Positions 49,395 to 61,198 of a stretch of 64,000 nt of DNA are shown in pieces. The stretch spans positions 8,418 through 72,417 of the forward strand of contig CALWBL010000008.1 of assembly GCA_944376065.1 (NCBI GenBank). Direction: 5' to 3'. Under the pieces are notes generated by a model. The model was not told the DNA's origin. It saw nothing but the letters and a program-made list of their open reading frames with translations, and did not search any database. Position numbers and translations under genes: made by a program. Source of the DNA: an uncultured Butyricicoccus sp. (GTDB lineage Bacteria > Bacillota > Clostridia > Oscillospirales > Butyricicoccaceae). Position 1 is the first letter of the stretch. The number at the start of each line of letters is the position of its first letter.

Positions 49395-49579
49395 CTAAAG
49401 ATAGTTTGAAGCATTGAAAAGTAATTTATATGCAAAATTGGTTATAATAAACATAAATGGTTGTGTATACTTTTGTGTAGAAGTTATGAAAAAAACGCTG
49501 CAAATACATTTTTGTAAGGTGTGAAATTGAAAAAACACAAAACAATCTAATTTTTTGTGATATTTTTTCAAAAAGTCTA

Positions 49580-49608
49580 TTGATTGTTAAGGATAAAACA
49601 AGTATAAT
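49580..49608 (+). promoter_or_regulatory. sigma-A promoter of the pgk operon
   Basis: TTGATT-17 nt-TATAAT. Confidence 0.7.
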
Positions 49609-49710
49609 TCTGTCTTAGGAAGCAGTGTGTGCAGAATGCCTGCTATAAGCGGACAAACCTTCCGCTTTCAGTCCGTTTTGATAAAATTATTTGCTCAAAG
49701 GAGAGTCAAT

Positions 49711-50901
49711 ATGGATTACAATAAGAAGAATGTAGAAGACATCGACGTAGCTGGTAAGAAGGTAATTGTACGTTGCGATTTTAACGTGCCACAGGACGAA
49801 ACCGGCAAAATCACAGATGACAAGCGTATCGTAGCTGCTCTGCCAACTATTAAGTATCTGCTAAAGCAGAATGCAGCAGTTATTCTTTGCTCACATCTGG
49901 GTCGTCCAAAGGGCGAGTTTAAAATGAAGTATTCTCTAGCTCCAGTAGCTGAGCGTCTTACTGAGCTTTTAGGTCAGGAAGTTAAGCTGGCTAAGGACGT
50001 TATTGGTGAGGATGCAAAGGCAATGGCAGCAGCTCTTCAGCCAGGTCAGGCGATGCTGCTTGAAAACGTTCGTTTCCACAAGGAAGAGGAAAAGAACGAC
50101 CCAGCATTCGCTAAGGAACTTGCATCTATGGCTGAAATCTATGTAAATGATGCATTCGGCACTGCACACCGTGCACATGCTACTACTGCTGGTTTAGCAG
50201 ATTATCTGCCAGCTGTTTGTGGCTACCTAATCAACAAGGAAATCTCTATCATGGGTAAGGCTCTTGCAAACCCAGCTCGTCCATTCGTTGCAATCTTGGG
50301 CGGTGCTAAGGTTTCCGATAAGATTGGCGTTATAAATAATCTGATTGAAAAGTGTGATACTATCATCATCGGTGGTGGTATGGCTTATACATTTAGCAAG
50401 GCTCAGGGTGGCGAAATCGGTACTTCTCTATGCGAGGAAGATAAGCTAGAGCTTGCAAATGACCTGCTTAAGAAGGCTGCAGACAAGGGCGTTAAGCTGC
50501 TGCTGCCAGTTGACACAGTTTGCGCAGACCGTTTTGCAGCTGATGCAACTCCAGTTGTTCACGAGGCTGGCAAGATTCCATCAAACCTCATGGGTCTTGA
50601 CATCGGTCCTAAGACTATTGAGCTGTTCTCTGAGGCTGTTAAGGACGCTGGTACTGTTGTATGGAATGGCCCTATGGGTGTATTTGAATTTGATGCATTC
50701 GCAGTAGGTACTAAGGCTGTTGCTAAGGCAATCGCTGAATCTAATGCAATTTCCATCATCGGTGGTGGCGACTCTGCTGCGGCTGTTGAAAAGCTGGGTT
50801 ATGCAGATAAAATGACTCATATCTCTACCGGTGGCGGTGCATCTCTTGAGTTCCTTGAGGGTCTTGAGCTGCCAGGTATCGCTTGCCTAAACGACAAGTA
50901 A
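49711..50901 (+). CDS. pgk: Phosphoglycerate kinase
   Basis: [31 protein letters not shown] and [15 protein letters not shown]. Confidence 0.98.
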   Translation: MDYNKKNVEDIDVAGKKVIVRCDFNVPQDETGKITDDKRIVAALPTIKYLLKQNAAVILCSHLGRPKGEFKMKYSLAPVAERLTELLGQEVKLAKDVIGEDAKAMAAALQPGQAMLLENVRFHKEEEKNDPAFAKELASMAEIYVNDAFGTAHRAHATTAGLADYLPAVCGYLINKEISIMGKALANPARPFVAILGGAKVSDKIGVINNLIEKCDTIIIGGGMAYTFSKAQGGEIGTSLCEEDKLELANDLLKKAADKGVKLLLPVDTVCADRFAADATPVVHEAGKIPSNLMGLDIGPKTIELFSEAVKDAGTVVWNGPMGVFEFDAFAVGTKAVAKAIAESNAISIIGGGDSAAAVEKLGYADKMTHISTGGGASLEFLEGLELPGIACLNDK

Positions 50902-50975
50902 GAAATAAATAATATATAGTTTTTAAAAAGCCCTTATAGGCTATATGCTGTAAGGACGAAAGGGGTATTAACAAT

Positions 50976-51749
50976 ATGAATCGCAGATATCGTAAGACGA
51001 TTATCGCTGGTAACTGGAAGATGAACAAGACACCTAGCGAAGCTAAGGCTCTTATTGAAGAAATGAAGGGCATGCTTTCCAAGACAAAGTGGTGTGAAGT
51101 TGTTCTTTGTGTTCCATTCACCGATATTCAGGCAGCAGTAAAGGCTGCTAAGGGCTCTAAGATTGCAATTGGTGCAGAAAATATGCACTTTGAGAAGTCT
51201 GGTGCTTTTACTGGTGAAATTTCTGCTGATATGTTAAAGGAACTGGGCGTTAAATATGTTATCATTGGTCATTCTGAGCGTCGTCAGTACTTCAACGAAA
51301 CAGATGAGACTTGCAACAAGAAGGTAAAGGTTGCAATCGAAAATGGTCTGCGTCCAATTCTGTGTGTAGGTGAAAGCCTTGCAGAGCGTGAGCAGGATGT
51401 TACTATGGAAGTTATCCGCAAGCAGGTTAAGATTGCTCTGCAGGGCGTGACCGTTGATGATATTAAGAAGGTTGTTATCGCTTACGAGCCAATCTGGGCT
51501 ATCGGTACAGGCAAGACCGCAACTAGCGAGCAGGCTGGTGAGGTTTGTGCAAAGATTCGTGATTGCCTGCGTGAGCTGTATGGTGCTCGTGCAGCTCGTG
51601 CAATCACTATTCAGTATGGCGGTTCTATGAATGCTAAGAATGCAGCTGAGCTGCTTGCACAGCCAGATGTAGATGGCGGTCTTATTGGTGGTGCTTCCCT
51701 AAAGGCTCCAGATTTTGCAGCAATCGTAGAGGCAGCAAATCAGAACTAA
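50976..51749 (+). CDS. tpiA: Triosephosphate isomerase
   Basis: [25 protein letters not shown] and GLIGGASL. Confidence 0.98.
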   Translation: MNRRYRKTIIAGNWKMNKTPSEAKALIEEMKGMLSKTKWCEVVLCVPFTDIQAAVKAAKGSKIAIGAENMHFEKSGAFTGEISADMLKELGVKYVIIGHSERRQYFNETDETCNKKVKVAIENGLRPILCVGESLAEREQDVTMEVIRKQVKIALQGVTVDDIKKVVIAYEPIWAIGTGKTATSEQAGEVCAKIRDCLRELYGARAARAITIQYGGSMNAKNAAELLAQPDVDGGLIGGASLKAPDFAAIVEAANQN

Positions 51750-51783
51750 AACTAGCGTTTTTACAAGACGTTTATGGGGTAGG

Positions 51784-51820
51784 AGGGGGAAAAAGCTAAT
51801 ATCGCTTTTATCCCCCTTTT
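51784..51820 (+). terminator. Intra-operon hairpin between tpiA and gpmI
   Basis: AGGGGGAAAAAGC / GCTTTTATCCCCCT followed by TTT. Confidence 0.5.
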
Positions 51821-51875
51821 ACCATTAAAGGAGATTTAATTTAGTATGAGAAAAACAAAGCAGGAGGGAGCAGCA

Positions 51876-53501
51876 GTGGAGAATAAGACAACAACTCGTC
51901 GTTCTCGTAAAACCGCTGCCACAAAGACTCAAGCAGCTAAAACTGCAACTGTAACTACCAGTGTAGCTAGTTCAGCTAAAAAGCCTCTTGCACTGATCAT
52001 TATGGACGGTTTCGGTCATCGTGACAGCGACAAGGGCAATGCAATCCATGCAGCTAAAACACCTAACATGGATAAGTATATCAAGGAATGTCCACATGTT
52101 CTGATTGGTGCATCTGGTATGGACGTAGGTCTGCCAGATGGTCAGATGGGCAACTCCGAAGTAGGTCACACAAATATCGGTGCAGGTCGCATCGTATATC
52201 AGGAGCTGACCCGTATTACAAAAGCAATTCAAGATGGCGATTTCTTTGAAAATGAGGCTTTTAAGAGTGCCGTTGACCAGTGCAAGTGGTTTAATTCCAC
52301 TTTACACATTTTTGGTCTAATGAGCGATGGTGGTGTTCATTCACACATCGACCATATCTGTGCACTGCTTGAGCTTGCTAAGAGAAATGGTCTTACTAAA
52401 GTTTGTGTACACTGTTTTATGGATGGTCGTGACACACCTCCAACTTCTGGTGCAGACTATGTTCAGAAGATTGTCAATAAGATTAACGAGCTGGGAATCG
52501 GTTGTATTTCTACTATCTCTGGTCGTTATTATGCAATGGATAGAGATAAGAACTGGGACCGTGTTGAACGTGCTTATAATGCTATTGTTCGTGGCGATGC
52601 TCCAGTATATACTGATGCTGTTGAAGCAATTAAGACTTGTTATGCAAATGGCAAAACAGACGAATTTATCGAGCCAATGATTATCACCGAGGGTGCAAAT
52701 GTTAAAAAAGATGATGCTATTATCTTCGCTAATTTCCGCCCAGACCGTGCTAGAGAAATCACTCGTGCAATCGTTGACCCAGATTTCGATGGTTTTGCTC
52801 GTGAAAATGGTAACTTACAGGTTAAGTACATCTGTATGACACAATATGATGCAACTATGCCTAATGTTGAAGTTGCTTTTAAACCACAATCTTTAACCAA
52901 TACATTCGGTGAATACATTGCAGAAAAGGGTCTAACTCAACTGCGTATTGCTGAAACCGAAAAATATGCTCATGTTACTTTCTTCTTTAACGGCGGCGTT
53001 GAGAAGGAATATAAAAATGAAGACCGTGCACTTATCAAGTCACCAGCAGTTGCAACTTATGACTTAAAACCAGAAATGTCTGCTATTGAAGTAACAGATG
53101 AAGTTGTTAAGCGTATTGAGTCTGGTAAATATGATGTTATCATTCTAAACTATGCTAACTGTGATATGGTTGGTCATACCGGCGTATTTGATGCGGCTGT
53201 AAAGGCTGTTGAAACTGTTGACACATGTGTTGGAAGAACTGTTGACGCTATCCTTGCAAAGGGTGGTGCAGCACTTATTACCGCTGACCATGGCAACGCT
53301 GACCAAATGCTTGAAGATGATGGAGTTTCTCCATTTACTGCACACTCCACCAATCCAGTTCCACTTATTCTGGTTGGCAGAGATGATGTTAAGGCACTTG
53401 CAGATGGCGGTGTACTTGCTGACCTGGCACCTACAATGCTTGAGTTGCTTGGTCTTGAAAAGCCAGCAGAAATGACTGGCAAGAGCTTACTTGTGAAGTA
53501 A
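51876..53501 (+). CDS. gpmI: 2,3-bisphosphoglycerate-independent phosphoglycerate mutase
   Basis: LIIMDGFG, GNSEVGH, AETEKYAHVTFF, DMVGH and TADHGN. Likely GTG start at 51876 after GGAGG (an ATG at 51846 is also in frame). Confidence 0.97.
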   Translation: MENKTTTRRSRKTAATKTQAAKTATVTTSVASSAKKPLALIIMDGFGHRDSDKGNAIHAAKTPNMDKYIKECPHVLIGASGMDVGLPDGQMGNSEVGHTNIGAGRIVYQELTRITKAIQDGDFFENEAFKSAVDQCKWFNSTLHIFGLMSDGGVHSHIDHICALLELAKRNGLTKVCVHCFMDGRDTPPTSGADYVQKIVNKINELGIGCISTISGRYYAMDRDKNWDRVERAYNAIVRGDAPVYTDAVEAIKTCYANGKTDEFIEPMIITEGANVKKDDAIIFANFRPDRAREITRAIVDPDFDGFARENGNLQVKYICMTQYDATMPNVEVAFKPQSLTNTFGEYIAEKGLTQLRIAETEKYAHVTFFFNGGVEKEYKNEDRALIKSPAVATYDLKPEMSAIEVTDEVVKRIESGKYDVIILNYANCDMVGHTGVFDAAVKAVETVDTCVGRTVDAILAKGGAALITADHGNADQMLEDDGVSPFTAHSTNPVPLILVGRDDVKALADGGVLADLAPTMLELLGLEKPAEMTGKSLLVK

Positions 53502-53519
53502 TTGGCTGTGCAAAAATAG

Positions 53520-54869
<1,350 letters not shown>

Positions 54870-54882
54870 TTTTAAATTTATG

Positions 54883-54914
54883 AACGGGCTGACTTTTGGG
54901 TCAGCTCGTTTTTT
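54883..54914 (+). terminator. Terminator after eno
   Basis: AACGGGCTGAC / GTCAGCTCGTT followed by a T-tract. Confidence 0.8.
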
Positions 54915-54966
54915 ATGCAAAAAAATACACTGCTTTATTTTAAAAGCAGTGCAAAAAGATTATATA

Positions 54967-55431
54967 TTACGGAAGCATATTACATATACCCCAAGTGAGC
55001 ATGCTCAGTTGTAGACCAGAATAAAATATAATTAAAAATGGCAGTACAATCTGTGGAACAATAGCATTAAAACCGAAAAGAGGAGCATTGACAATAAGCA
55101 TCATAAAAAAATACCATGAGTTTGATTGATTACTTGCAGGCAATATACCTGTAAGTTCTAAAACAATAGGTAGTGTAAGCAGTAAAATAGCTGCCCAGTA
55201 TAAAAAGGAAAGCATCATGTAAGCACGCTCAGTTTTTTGTATACAATATACAGAAAACAACAAACTGACTATCATATATACAGTGGACAAAGAAATGCAT
55301 ATGACAGAAGTATATTTTAGATTATTTGTGCCAAATAGATAATAACAACAACTATTGACAATCCAAGCAATAGAGCCAACCGTAAATGTTATTTTGCCAA
55401 TACTTGATTGTATGCGAGAGAACAACTCCAT
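54967..55431 (-). CDS. Hypothetical membrane protein (about 4-5 TM)
   Basis: SD GGAGG before ATG 55431; hydrophobic segments; no family recognised. Confidence 0.65.
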   Translation of the reverse strand: MELFSRIQSSIGKITFTVGSIAWIVNSCCYYLFGTNNLKYTSVICISLSTVYMIVSLLFSVYCIQKTERAYMMLSFLYWAAILLLTLPIVLELTGILPASNQSNSWYFFMMLIVNAPLFGFNAIVPQIVLPFLIIFYSGLQLSMLTWGICNMLP

Positions 55432-55774
55432 AGTAACCTCCGAGCAGATGAAAACATAAATGTCCTAGAAATTGTCAAACTATTATAATATGGAATTTTA
55501 ATTGAATACAGTGGAAAAGTCAAGCAACAATATGGACACAATAAATTTTCACACAATTTGTCTTTATATTATTGCTGTGATATACTTATGATAAAATAAT
55601 AAGAAATATGCACGAACTTTCAAGGCGCAAACTGGAGTGAAAAAATAGTGAGAGATTTGGAGAAATAGGCAAGGGTTATATCAGTTTTGCACCTGTTGTG
55701 TCACCAGAGTATATGACCAAAGTTGTAAACAGAATTACTCAAAGCGATTTACTTAAAAAAGGAGAAAATTCTAA

Positions 55775-56527
55775 ATGAAGTTAATTTCATGGAACGTAAA
55801 CGGATTAAGAGCCTGTGTTGGTAAGGGATTTTTTGAATTTTTGAAGTCACAAAGTCCGGACATGATGTGTTTGCAGGAAACTAAATTGCAGCCAGAACAA
55901 GCTCCAGAAATTCAAGATTATTATGATTATTGGAACTCAGCAGATAAGAAAGGCTATTCAGGTACAGCTATTTTTTCAAAAACTGAACCTATAAGCATAA
56001 AATATGACATGGGAATAGATATTCATGACCATGAGGGCAGAGTTATAACTGCTGAATATGATAGATTTTATCTTGTGACTGTTTATGTTCCAAATTCACA
56101 AGATGGATTAAAAAGACTTGATTATCGTATGCAGTGGGAGGACGATTTTAGAGCCTATGTAAAAAAGCTCGATGAAACTAAACCTGTTATTATATGCGGC
56201 GATATGAATGTCGCACATAGGGAAATTGATTTAAAAAATCCTAAAACTAACCGTAAAAATGCAGGTTTTACTGATGAAGAACGCAACAAAATGACAGAGC
56301 TTTTAGGCGAAGGATTTATTGATACATACAGATATTTTTATCCAGATAAAGAAGGCATTTATTCTTGGTGGAGTTATCGTTTTAATGCACGTAAGAATAA
56401 TGCAGGTTGGCGTATTGATTATTTTATCGTGTCAGAACGTTTTAAAGAGCATATTAAATCTGCGAATATTTTAAGCGATGTTCATGGTTCTGACCATTGT
56501 CCGGTGGTGCTTGAAATAGATGACTGA
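55775..56527 (+). CDS. xth: Exodeoxyribonuclease III / AP endonuclease
   Basis: [30 protein letters not shown] and SDHCP. Confidence 0.96.
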   Translation: MKLISWNVNGLRACVGKGFFEFLKSQSPDMMCLQETKLQPEQAPEIQDYYDYWNSADKKGYSGTAIFSKTEPISIKYDMGIDIHDHEGRVITAEYDRFYLVTVYVPNSQDGLKRLDYRMQWEDDFRAYVKKLDETKPVIICGDMNVAHREIDLKNPKTNRKNAGFTDEERNKMTELLGEGFIDTYRYFYPDKEGIYSWWSYRFNARKNNAGWRIDYFIVSERFKEHIKSANILSDVHGSDHCPVVLEIDD

Positions 56528-56825
56528 TAAAAATGAAGAATTTGAACGACCAGATTTATTTTTATATGAGCAGGAACAAGACATATATTTAGAATTTGAC
56601 CCATTTAATGGTGAATATGAGCCTTGTCCATGTTGTGGGGCAGAAAACCCTAAAAATCCATTCTATGGTTTTATATGCCCTGTTTGCTCATGGGAATATG
56701 ATGATGAAACATGTAAAAATCCTAATATGCCAAGCAAGCAAAATCATGGTCTTTCGCTTTATGAGGCGAAGCTAAATTTCGGTGCTTTTGGAAGCGCTTA
56801 TCCGCCCATATTTTGGGACAAATAA
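56520..56825 (+). CDS. CPCC-family cysteine-rich protein
   Basis: CPCCG...[10 protein letters not shown]...[13 protein letters not shown]; 8-nt overlap with xth. Confidence 0.75.
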   Translation: MTDKNEEFERPDLFLYEQEQDIYLEFDPFNGEYEPCPCCGAENPKNPFYGFICPVCSWEYDDETCKNPNMPSKQNHGLSLYEAKLNFGAFGSAYPPIFWDK

Positions 56826-56850
56826 AAATCCGCCGTATGGCGGATTTTTT
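56824..56850. terminator. Bidirectional terminator
   Basis: AAAAATCCGCC-GTAT-GGCGGATTTTT between convergent genes. Confidence 0.85.
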
Positions 56851-57593
56851 TAACCTTCATAATCGTCCTCGTTTTCCCAGTTGTGCCAAACTGACTGTAC
56901 ATCATCGTTATCTTCAAGGTTGTCCAGTAGTTTACGCATTTTAGCCATATCATCTTCGTTTGAGAGAGATACATAATTTTGAGGAACCATTTCAATTTCA
57001 GCAGATGCAAATTCTAAACCAGCCTTTTCAAGAGCCTCACGAACAGCACCAAATTCAGTAGGGTCGGTGTAAATCTGGAAAGTTTCTTCATCAGCTTGGA
57101 AATCATCAGCACCAGAATCGAGTGCAAGCATCATTGTTTCATCTTCATCAAGCTCTCCACGCTCAATAATAATAACACCCTTTCGGTCAAACTGCCAGCC
57201 AACACAGCCGGTAGCGCCCATGCCAGCACCATATTTATCAAGCAGATGGCGTACATCAGATGCAGTACGGTTGCGGTTATCGGTTAATGTTTCAACAATA
57301 ACAGCAACGCCGCCAACTCCATAACCCTCATAAGTGATTGCTTCGTATTCAATAGCACCGTTAGCACCAGAATACTTATCAAGAGAACGCTTGATGTTAT
57401 CATTAGGCATATTGTTCGCCTTGGCTTTAGCGATTACATCACGCAGACGAGAGTTATTATCAGGGTTTGCAGAGCCACCTTCCTTAATAGCGATTGCCAT
57501 TTCACGACCAATTTTGGTGAAGATTTTTGCTTTCTTGGCATCATTTGCACCCTTACGCTTTGCAATATTATGCCATTTAGAATGTCCACTCAT
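56850..57593 (-). CDS. yebC: YebC/PmpR-family protein
   Basis: MSGHSKWHNI, YEGYG.GGVA, and ETLTDNRNRT. Confidence 0.95.
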   Translation of the reverse strand: MSGHSKWHNIAKRKGANDAKKAKIFTKIGREMAIAIKEGGSANPDNNSRLRDVIAKAKANNMPNDNIKRSLDKYSGANGAIEYEAITYEGYGVGGVAVIVETLTDNRNRTASDVRHLLDKYGAGMGATGCVGWQFDRKGVIIIERGELDEDETMMLALDSGADDFQADEETFQIYTDPTEFGAVREALEKAGLEFASAEIEMVPQNYVSLSNEDDMAKMRKLLDNLEDNDDVQSVWHNWENEDDYEG

Positions 57594-57691
57594 AATTTAC
57601 TTACGCTCCTTATATAAAAAGAAAAAATAATAATCTTAGCTTATTGTATCAAAAAAGATTAAAAAGTGCAAGTATGGTCGATTTACAGCAT

Positions 57692-57725
57692 AAAAAAACC
57701 ACATGTATAGAACATGCGGTTTTTT
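57692..57725 (-). terminator. Terminator downstream of tRNA-Pro
   Basis: AAAAAACCACATGT / ACATGCGGTTTTTT inverted repeat. Confidence 0.6.
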
Positions 57726-57801
57726 GGTCGAGGTGACAGGATTTGAACCTGCGGCGTCTTCGTCCCGAACGAAGTGCTCTACCAAGCTGAGCCACACCTC
57801 G
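57725..57801 (-). tRNA. tRNA-Pro (CGG)
   Basis: Reverse complement CGAGGTGTGGCTCAGCTTGGTAGAGCA-CTTCG-TTCGGGA-CGAAG...GTTCAAATCC...CACCTCGACCA. Confidence 0.93.
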
Positions 57802-57898
57802 AAATATTTTAGTCTGCTTATTTATTATATATTAGCTAATTTTAAATGTCAACTTCATATATAAATTCATAATATATGACAAAAGGAGTGATTGTTTT

Positions 57899-58204
57899 AT
57901 GGATTTATTTTTATATGTTTTAGTTGGCATATTAGCGGCAACTGGTGCTATTTGCATTTTAAAAGAAGTGTATGCTATAATTATGATAAATTGCTTAAAT
58001 GGAGAAAATCATATTGTCATGACGATTAAAGGTGATGGATTAAAAAGTGAAATGATGCTTAGAACAGCTCTTTTAATTCGTCAAAGATATTTTCCAAAAA
58101 TGGAAATAGTATTTATTGAACAGGTGCAAAATATATATGAGCCAACGCCAGCGAAATATATGGCTCAGCAATACCAAATGCTCTATATAGATAGAAAGGA
58201 ATAA
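57899..58204 (+). CDS. Hypothetical protein with an N-terminal TM anchor
   Basis: SD AAGGAG; first gene of the recD2 unit. Confidence 0.65.
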   Translation: MDLFLYVLVGILAATGAICILKEVYAIIMINCLNGENHIVMTIKGDGLKSEMMLRTALLIRQRYFPKMEIVFIEQVQNIYEPTPAKYMAQQYQMLYIDRKE

Positions 58205-58206
58205 AA

Positions 58207-60435
58207 ATGCAGGAAACAGAATACCAAGTGATTTGTGGCACAGTATCACAAATTGTGTTCCAAAACGAGGAAAACGGTTACGCTGTAATACGATTAACCG
58301 CAAATGATGGAGAGGAAGTAACTGCAACAGGATATATACCAGGACTCGGGCTGGGTGAGGAATTAACTCTTTGCGGAAAGTGGGTTACACATCCATCATA
58401 TGGCGAACAGTTTACAGCTGATAGTTTTGAAAGACATTTGCCCGAAACTGCCCAAGGTATTGCGGATTATTTGGGTTCAGGAATTATAAAGGGCATAGGT
58501 CCAAGACTTGCAAAAAAAATTGCAGAAACTTTTGGAGAACAAACTTTTGATATATTGCAAAACGAACCAGAAAGGCTCGGTGAAATCCGTGGAATAACAC
58601 CACAAAAGGCTAGAAGTATAGGTAAACAATTCACTGAAATGAGTGAAATGCGTCTTTTGATGGATTTTTTGACTGAAAATGGCTTGCCTGTATGGCTTAC
58701 ACCTAGGCTTTATAAGCGACTTGGCGTTGTTGCTATGGACGCACTTACAGAAAATCCATATTTATTATGTGATGAATATTATGAAATTGATTTTTCGCTT
58801 GCAGATGCTCTTGCATTAAATTTGGGTCTTTCACGACTTTCAGATGAGCGTATAGATGCAGGTTTAATTTACACAATGACATTTAATCTGTCAAACGGTC
58901 ATACATTTATACCTATTGAAAAACTTGTTGTTGCAGCGTGTTCACTTTTATCTGATGACGAAGTTGAAGTAGAACAAGAGAGAGTATTAAACAGTATCAT
59001 CCGCTTAGAAATGCGAGCGACGATAGTTCGTGAGCAAATAGCGGGCAGAGACGCGGTTTATTTAAGGCAAATGTATGAGGCGGAGGATTTTCTTGCAGGT
59101 TTTCTTAAAGACCTAGCAGCAAAGCATTACAGTTATGATTTTAACCTTGATGAACTTCTTGATGTGTTATCCGAGGATATAGAAGTACAATACGCACCAC
59201 TGCAAAGAAAAGCGATTATTCAGGCGGCTCAGTGTGGTGTTTCAATACTAACAGGAGGTCCTGGTACAGGTAAGACAACAACGGTTCGTGGCATGCTTAG
59301 AATATTTGAATCACTTGGTTTGCAAGTGGTTTTAGCCGCACCAACAGGCAGGGCAGCAAAACGACTATCTGAACTTTGCGATATGGAGGCAAAGACAATA
59401 CACAGATTGCTTGAAGCAGGATATGGTAATGGTGGAAAATTAAGTTTCCAGCGTGGACTTACAAATCCGCTTGATTGTGATGTAGTTGTGCTTGATGAGG
59501 TTTCAATGGTTGATATTTCGCTTATGCAGGCACTTTTAGCCGCTATGCCAAATGGTGCAAGGCTTGTTTTAGTAGGTGATGCAGACCAGCTCCCACCAGT
59601 AGGACCTGGAAATTTTTTAAGAGATATGATTTTATCTGGCAAAATACCAGTTACACAGCTCACAGAAATTTTTAGACAGGCACAAAAGAGTGATATTGTT
59701 ATGAACGCTCATGCTATAAATCAAGGTCAGTCTCCAGTGCCATCAGGTAAAGATGGTGATTTCTTTATTATTCGTAAAGCCGACCCAGCGAGCGTTATTA
59801 AAACAGTTACTGAGCTATGTAAAAATAGGTTGCCAAGTTATTATGGATTAAATCCATCACAGATTCAGGTGCTTTCACCATCACGCAGACAAGGTGCAGG
59901 AACAATGCAGCTTAATCGTTCACTGCAAGAGGCATTAAACCCAGAGTCACCAGAAAAACAGGAAAAACGCTTTGGAGATATTATTTTCCGTGAAGGTGAT
60001 AGAGTTATGCAAATTCGTAATAATTATGATATTATCTGGGAGCGGGTGGATAATCATGAGCAGGGAACAGGCATGTTTAATGGTGATGTGGGGGAAATTT
60101 TGCAGATTTTTCCCTCACAAGAATGTCTGATAGTTAAATTTGACGATAAACTTGCAACTTATACATTTGACATGCTTGATGAGTTAGAGCTTGCCTATGC
60201 AATGACAGTTCATAAGGCACAAGGCAGCGAATTTGAGGCGGTTATAGTTGCTTTATCTAATTCAATTAGTAAAAGGCTTTTGACAAGAAACATACTGTAT
60301 ACAGCTATAACCCGTGCTAAAAAGCTGCTTGTTATAGTCGGTTCACAAGATGTGCTTAATACAATGGTTCATACAAATAATAAATCACGCAGGTATAGTG
60401 CCTTAAAAGCTCGAATGAACTCTGAGGAGGTATAA
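58207..60435 (+). CDS. recD2: ATP-dependent RecD2-like DNA helicase
   Basis: N-terminal OB/HhH region, GGPGTGKTT, APTGRAA, DEVSM, GDADQLP and AMTVHKAQGSE. Confidence 0.93.
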   Translation: MQETEYQVICGTVSQIVFQNEENGYAVIRLTANDGEEVTATGYIPGLGLGEELTLCGKWVTHPSYGEQFTADSFERHLPETAQGIADYLGSGIIKGIGPRLAKKIAETFGEQTFDILQNEPERLGEIRGITPQKARSIGKQFTEMSEMRLLMDFLTENGLPVWLTPRLYKRLGVVAMDALTENPYLLCDEYYEIDFSLADALALNLGLSRLSDERIDAGLIYTMTFNLSNGHTFIPIEKLVVAACSLLSDDEVEVEQERVLNSIIRLEMRATIVREQIAGRDAVYLRQMYEAEDFLAGFLKDLAAKHYSYDFNLDELLDVLSEDIEVQYAPLQRKAIIQAAQCGVSILTGGPGTGKTTTVRGMLRIFESLGLQVVLAAPTGRAAKRLSELCDMEAKTIHRLLEAGYGNGGKLSFQRGLTNPLDCDVVVLDEVSMVDISLMQALLAAMPNGARLVLVGDADQLPPVGPGNFLRDMILSGKIPVTQLTEIFRQAQKSDIVMNAHAINQGQSPVPSGKDGDFFIIRKADPASVIKTVTELCKNRLPSYYGLNPSQIQVLSPSRRQGAGTMQLNRSLQEALNPESPEKQEKRFGDIIFREGDRVMQIRNNYDIIWERVDNHEQGTGMFNGDVGEILQIFPSQECLIVKFDDKLATYTFDMLDELELAYAMTVHKAQGSEFEAVIVALSNSISKRLLTRNILYTAITRAKKLLVIVGSQDVLNTMVHTNNKSRRYSALKARMNSEEV

Positions 60436-60438
60436 ACC

Positions 60439-61089
60439 ATGCTTGATTTACTTTATCCGCATAGCTGTAAGATGTGTGGTGCTGACCTTCCAAAGGGAAT
60501 TGATATACTTTGTGATGATTGTCTTAAAAAGGGCGATTACTATTTTTACGATTCGTTTACTGCAGACTATGTAGATGATGCAGATTCACCACTTGTTTAT
60601 CGCGATTTTGTGCGTGAAGCCATGCACAGATATAAGTTTAACGGTCGCAGAGCTTATGCCGATTGGTTTGCAAGATTTACAGAAGATTGCATTAGAAGTA
60701 AAATGGATATTTGGAAACCGGATTTTATAACTTATGTTCCTTTGTCATTTGGAAGATGGTTTAAAAGAGGATATAATCAATCCGAGCTAGTGGCAAAACT
60801 TGTTGCAAATAAAATTGGATTAAAGTGTGAAAGCACTCTTAAAAAACGCGTATTTGTAAAAAGACAATCAGAGATTACTGATTATAGGCAGCGAGTGAAA
60901 AATGTAAGCAATGCATTCGTAATAAAATCAAATGTAAGGCTTGAAAAACGTCGAGTTTTGCTTATAGATGATGTTGTTACAACAGGTGCTACAATTTCAG
61001 CTTGTGGAAGTGTTCTTCATAAATCGGGGGCAGAAAAGGTATTTGTTGTAAGTATGACAAAAACTCCCGTAAAACACCAAAAAAATTAA
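60439..61089 (+). CDS. comFC: ComF-family protein (Zn ribbon + PRTase fold)
   Basis: CKMC...CDDC, RGYNQSE and LLIDDVVTTGAT. Confidence 0.88.
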   Translation: MLDLLYPHSCKMCGADLPKGIDILCDDCLKKGDYYFYDSFTADYVDDADSPLVYRDFVREAMHRYKFNGRRAYADWFARFTEDCIRSKMDIWKPDFITYVPLSFGRWFKRGYNQSELVAKLVANKIGLKCESTLKKRVFVKRQSEITDYRQRVKNVSNAFVIKSNVRLEKRRVLLIDDVVTTGATISACGSVLHKSGAEKVFVVSMTKTPVKHQKN

Positions 61090-61198
61090 AAGTTGGTGCA
61101 AACTTATTTAAAATATTACTGTTTTGTTTCTTGCAATACGGCACGAATACGGTATAATAAATCTAAAGGAAAAGTTCTGGAAAGCAGGTTACAATAAT

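Noticed and set aside
49515-49575. Rex-like operator upstream of pgk (TTGTGATATTTTTTCAAA)
   Set aside because: The right half-site is a poor match to TTCACAA and the AT-rich context makes a chance match likely.
55510-55570. IS-end-like sequence (GTCAAG...TGGACAC...CACACAATT)
   Set aside because: No matching inverted repeat, target duplication or transposase anywhere in the window.
55608-55778. Frame MHELSRRKLE*KNSERFGEIGKGYISFAP... with one in-frame TGA upstream of xth (possible pseudogene or recoding)
   Set aside because: Only ~56 codons, weak SD, no recognisable homology, and no SECIS-like hairpin evident after the TGA. Compatible with chance.
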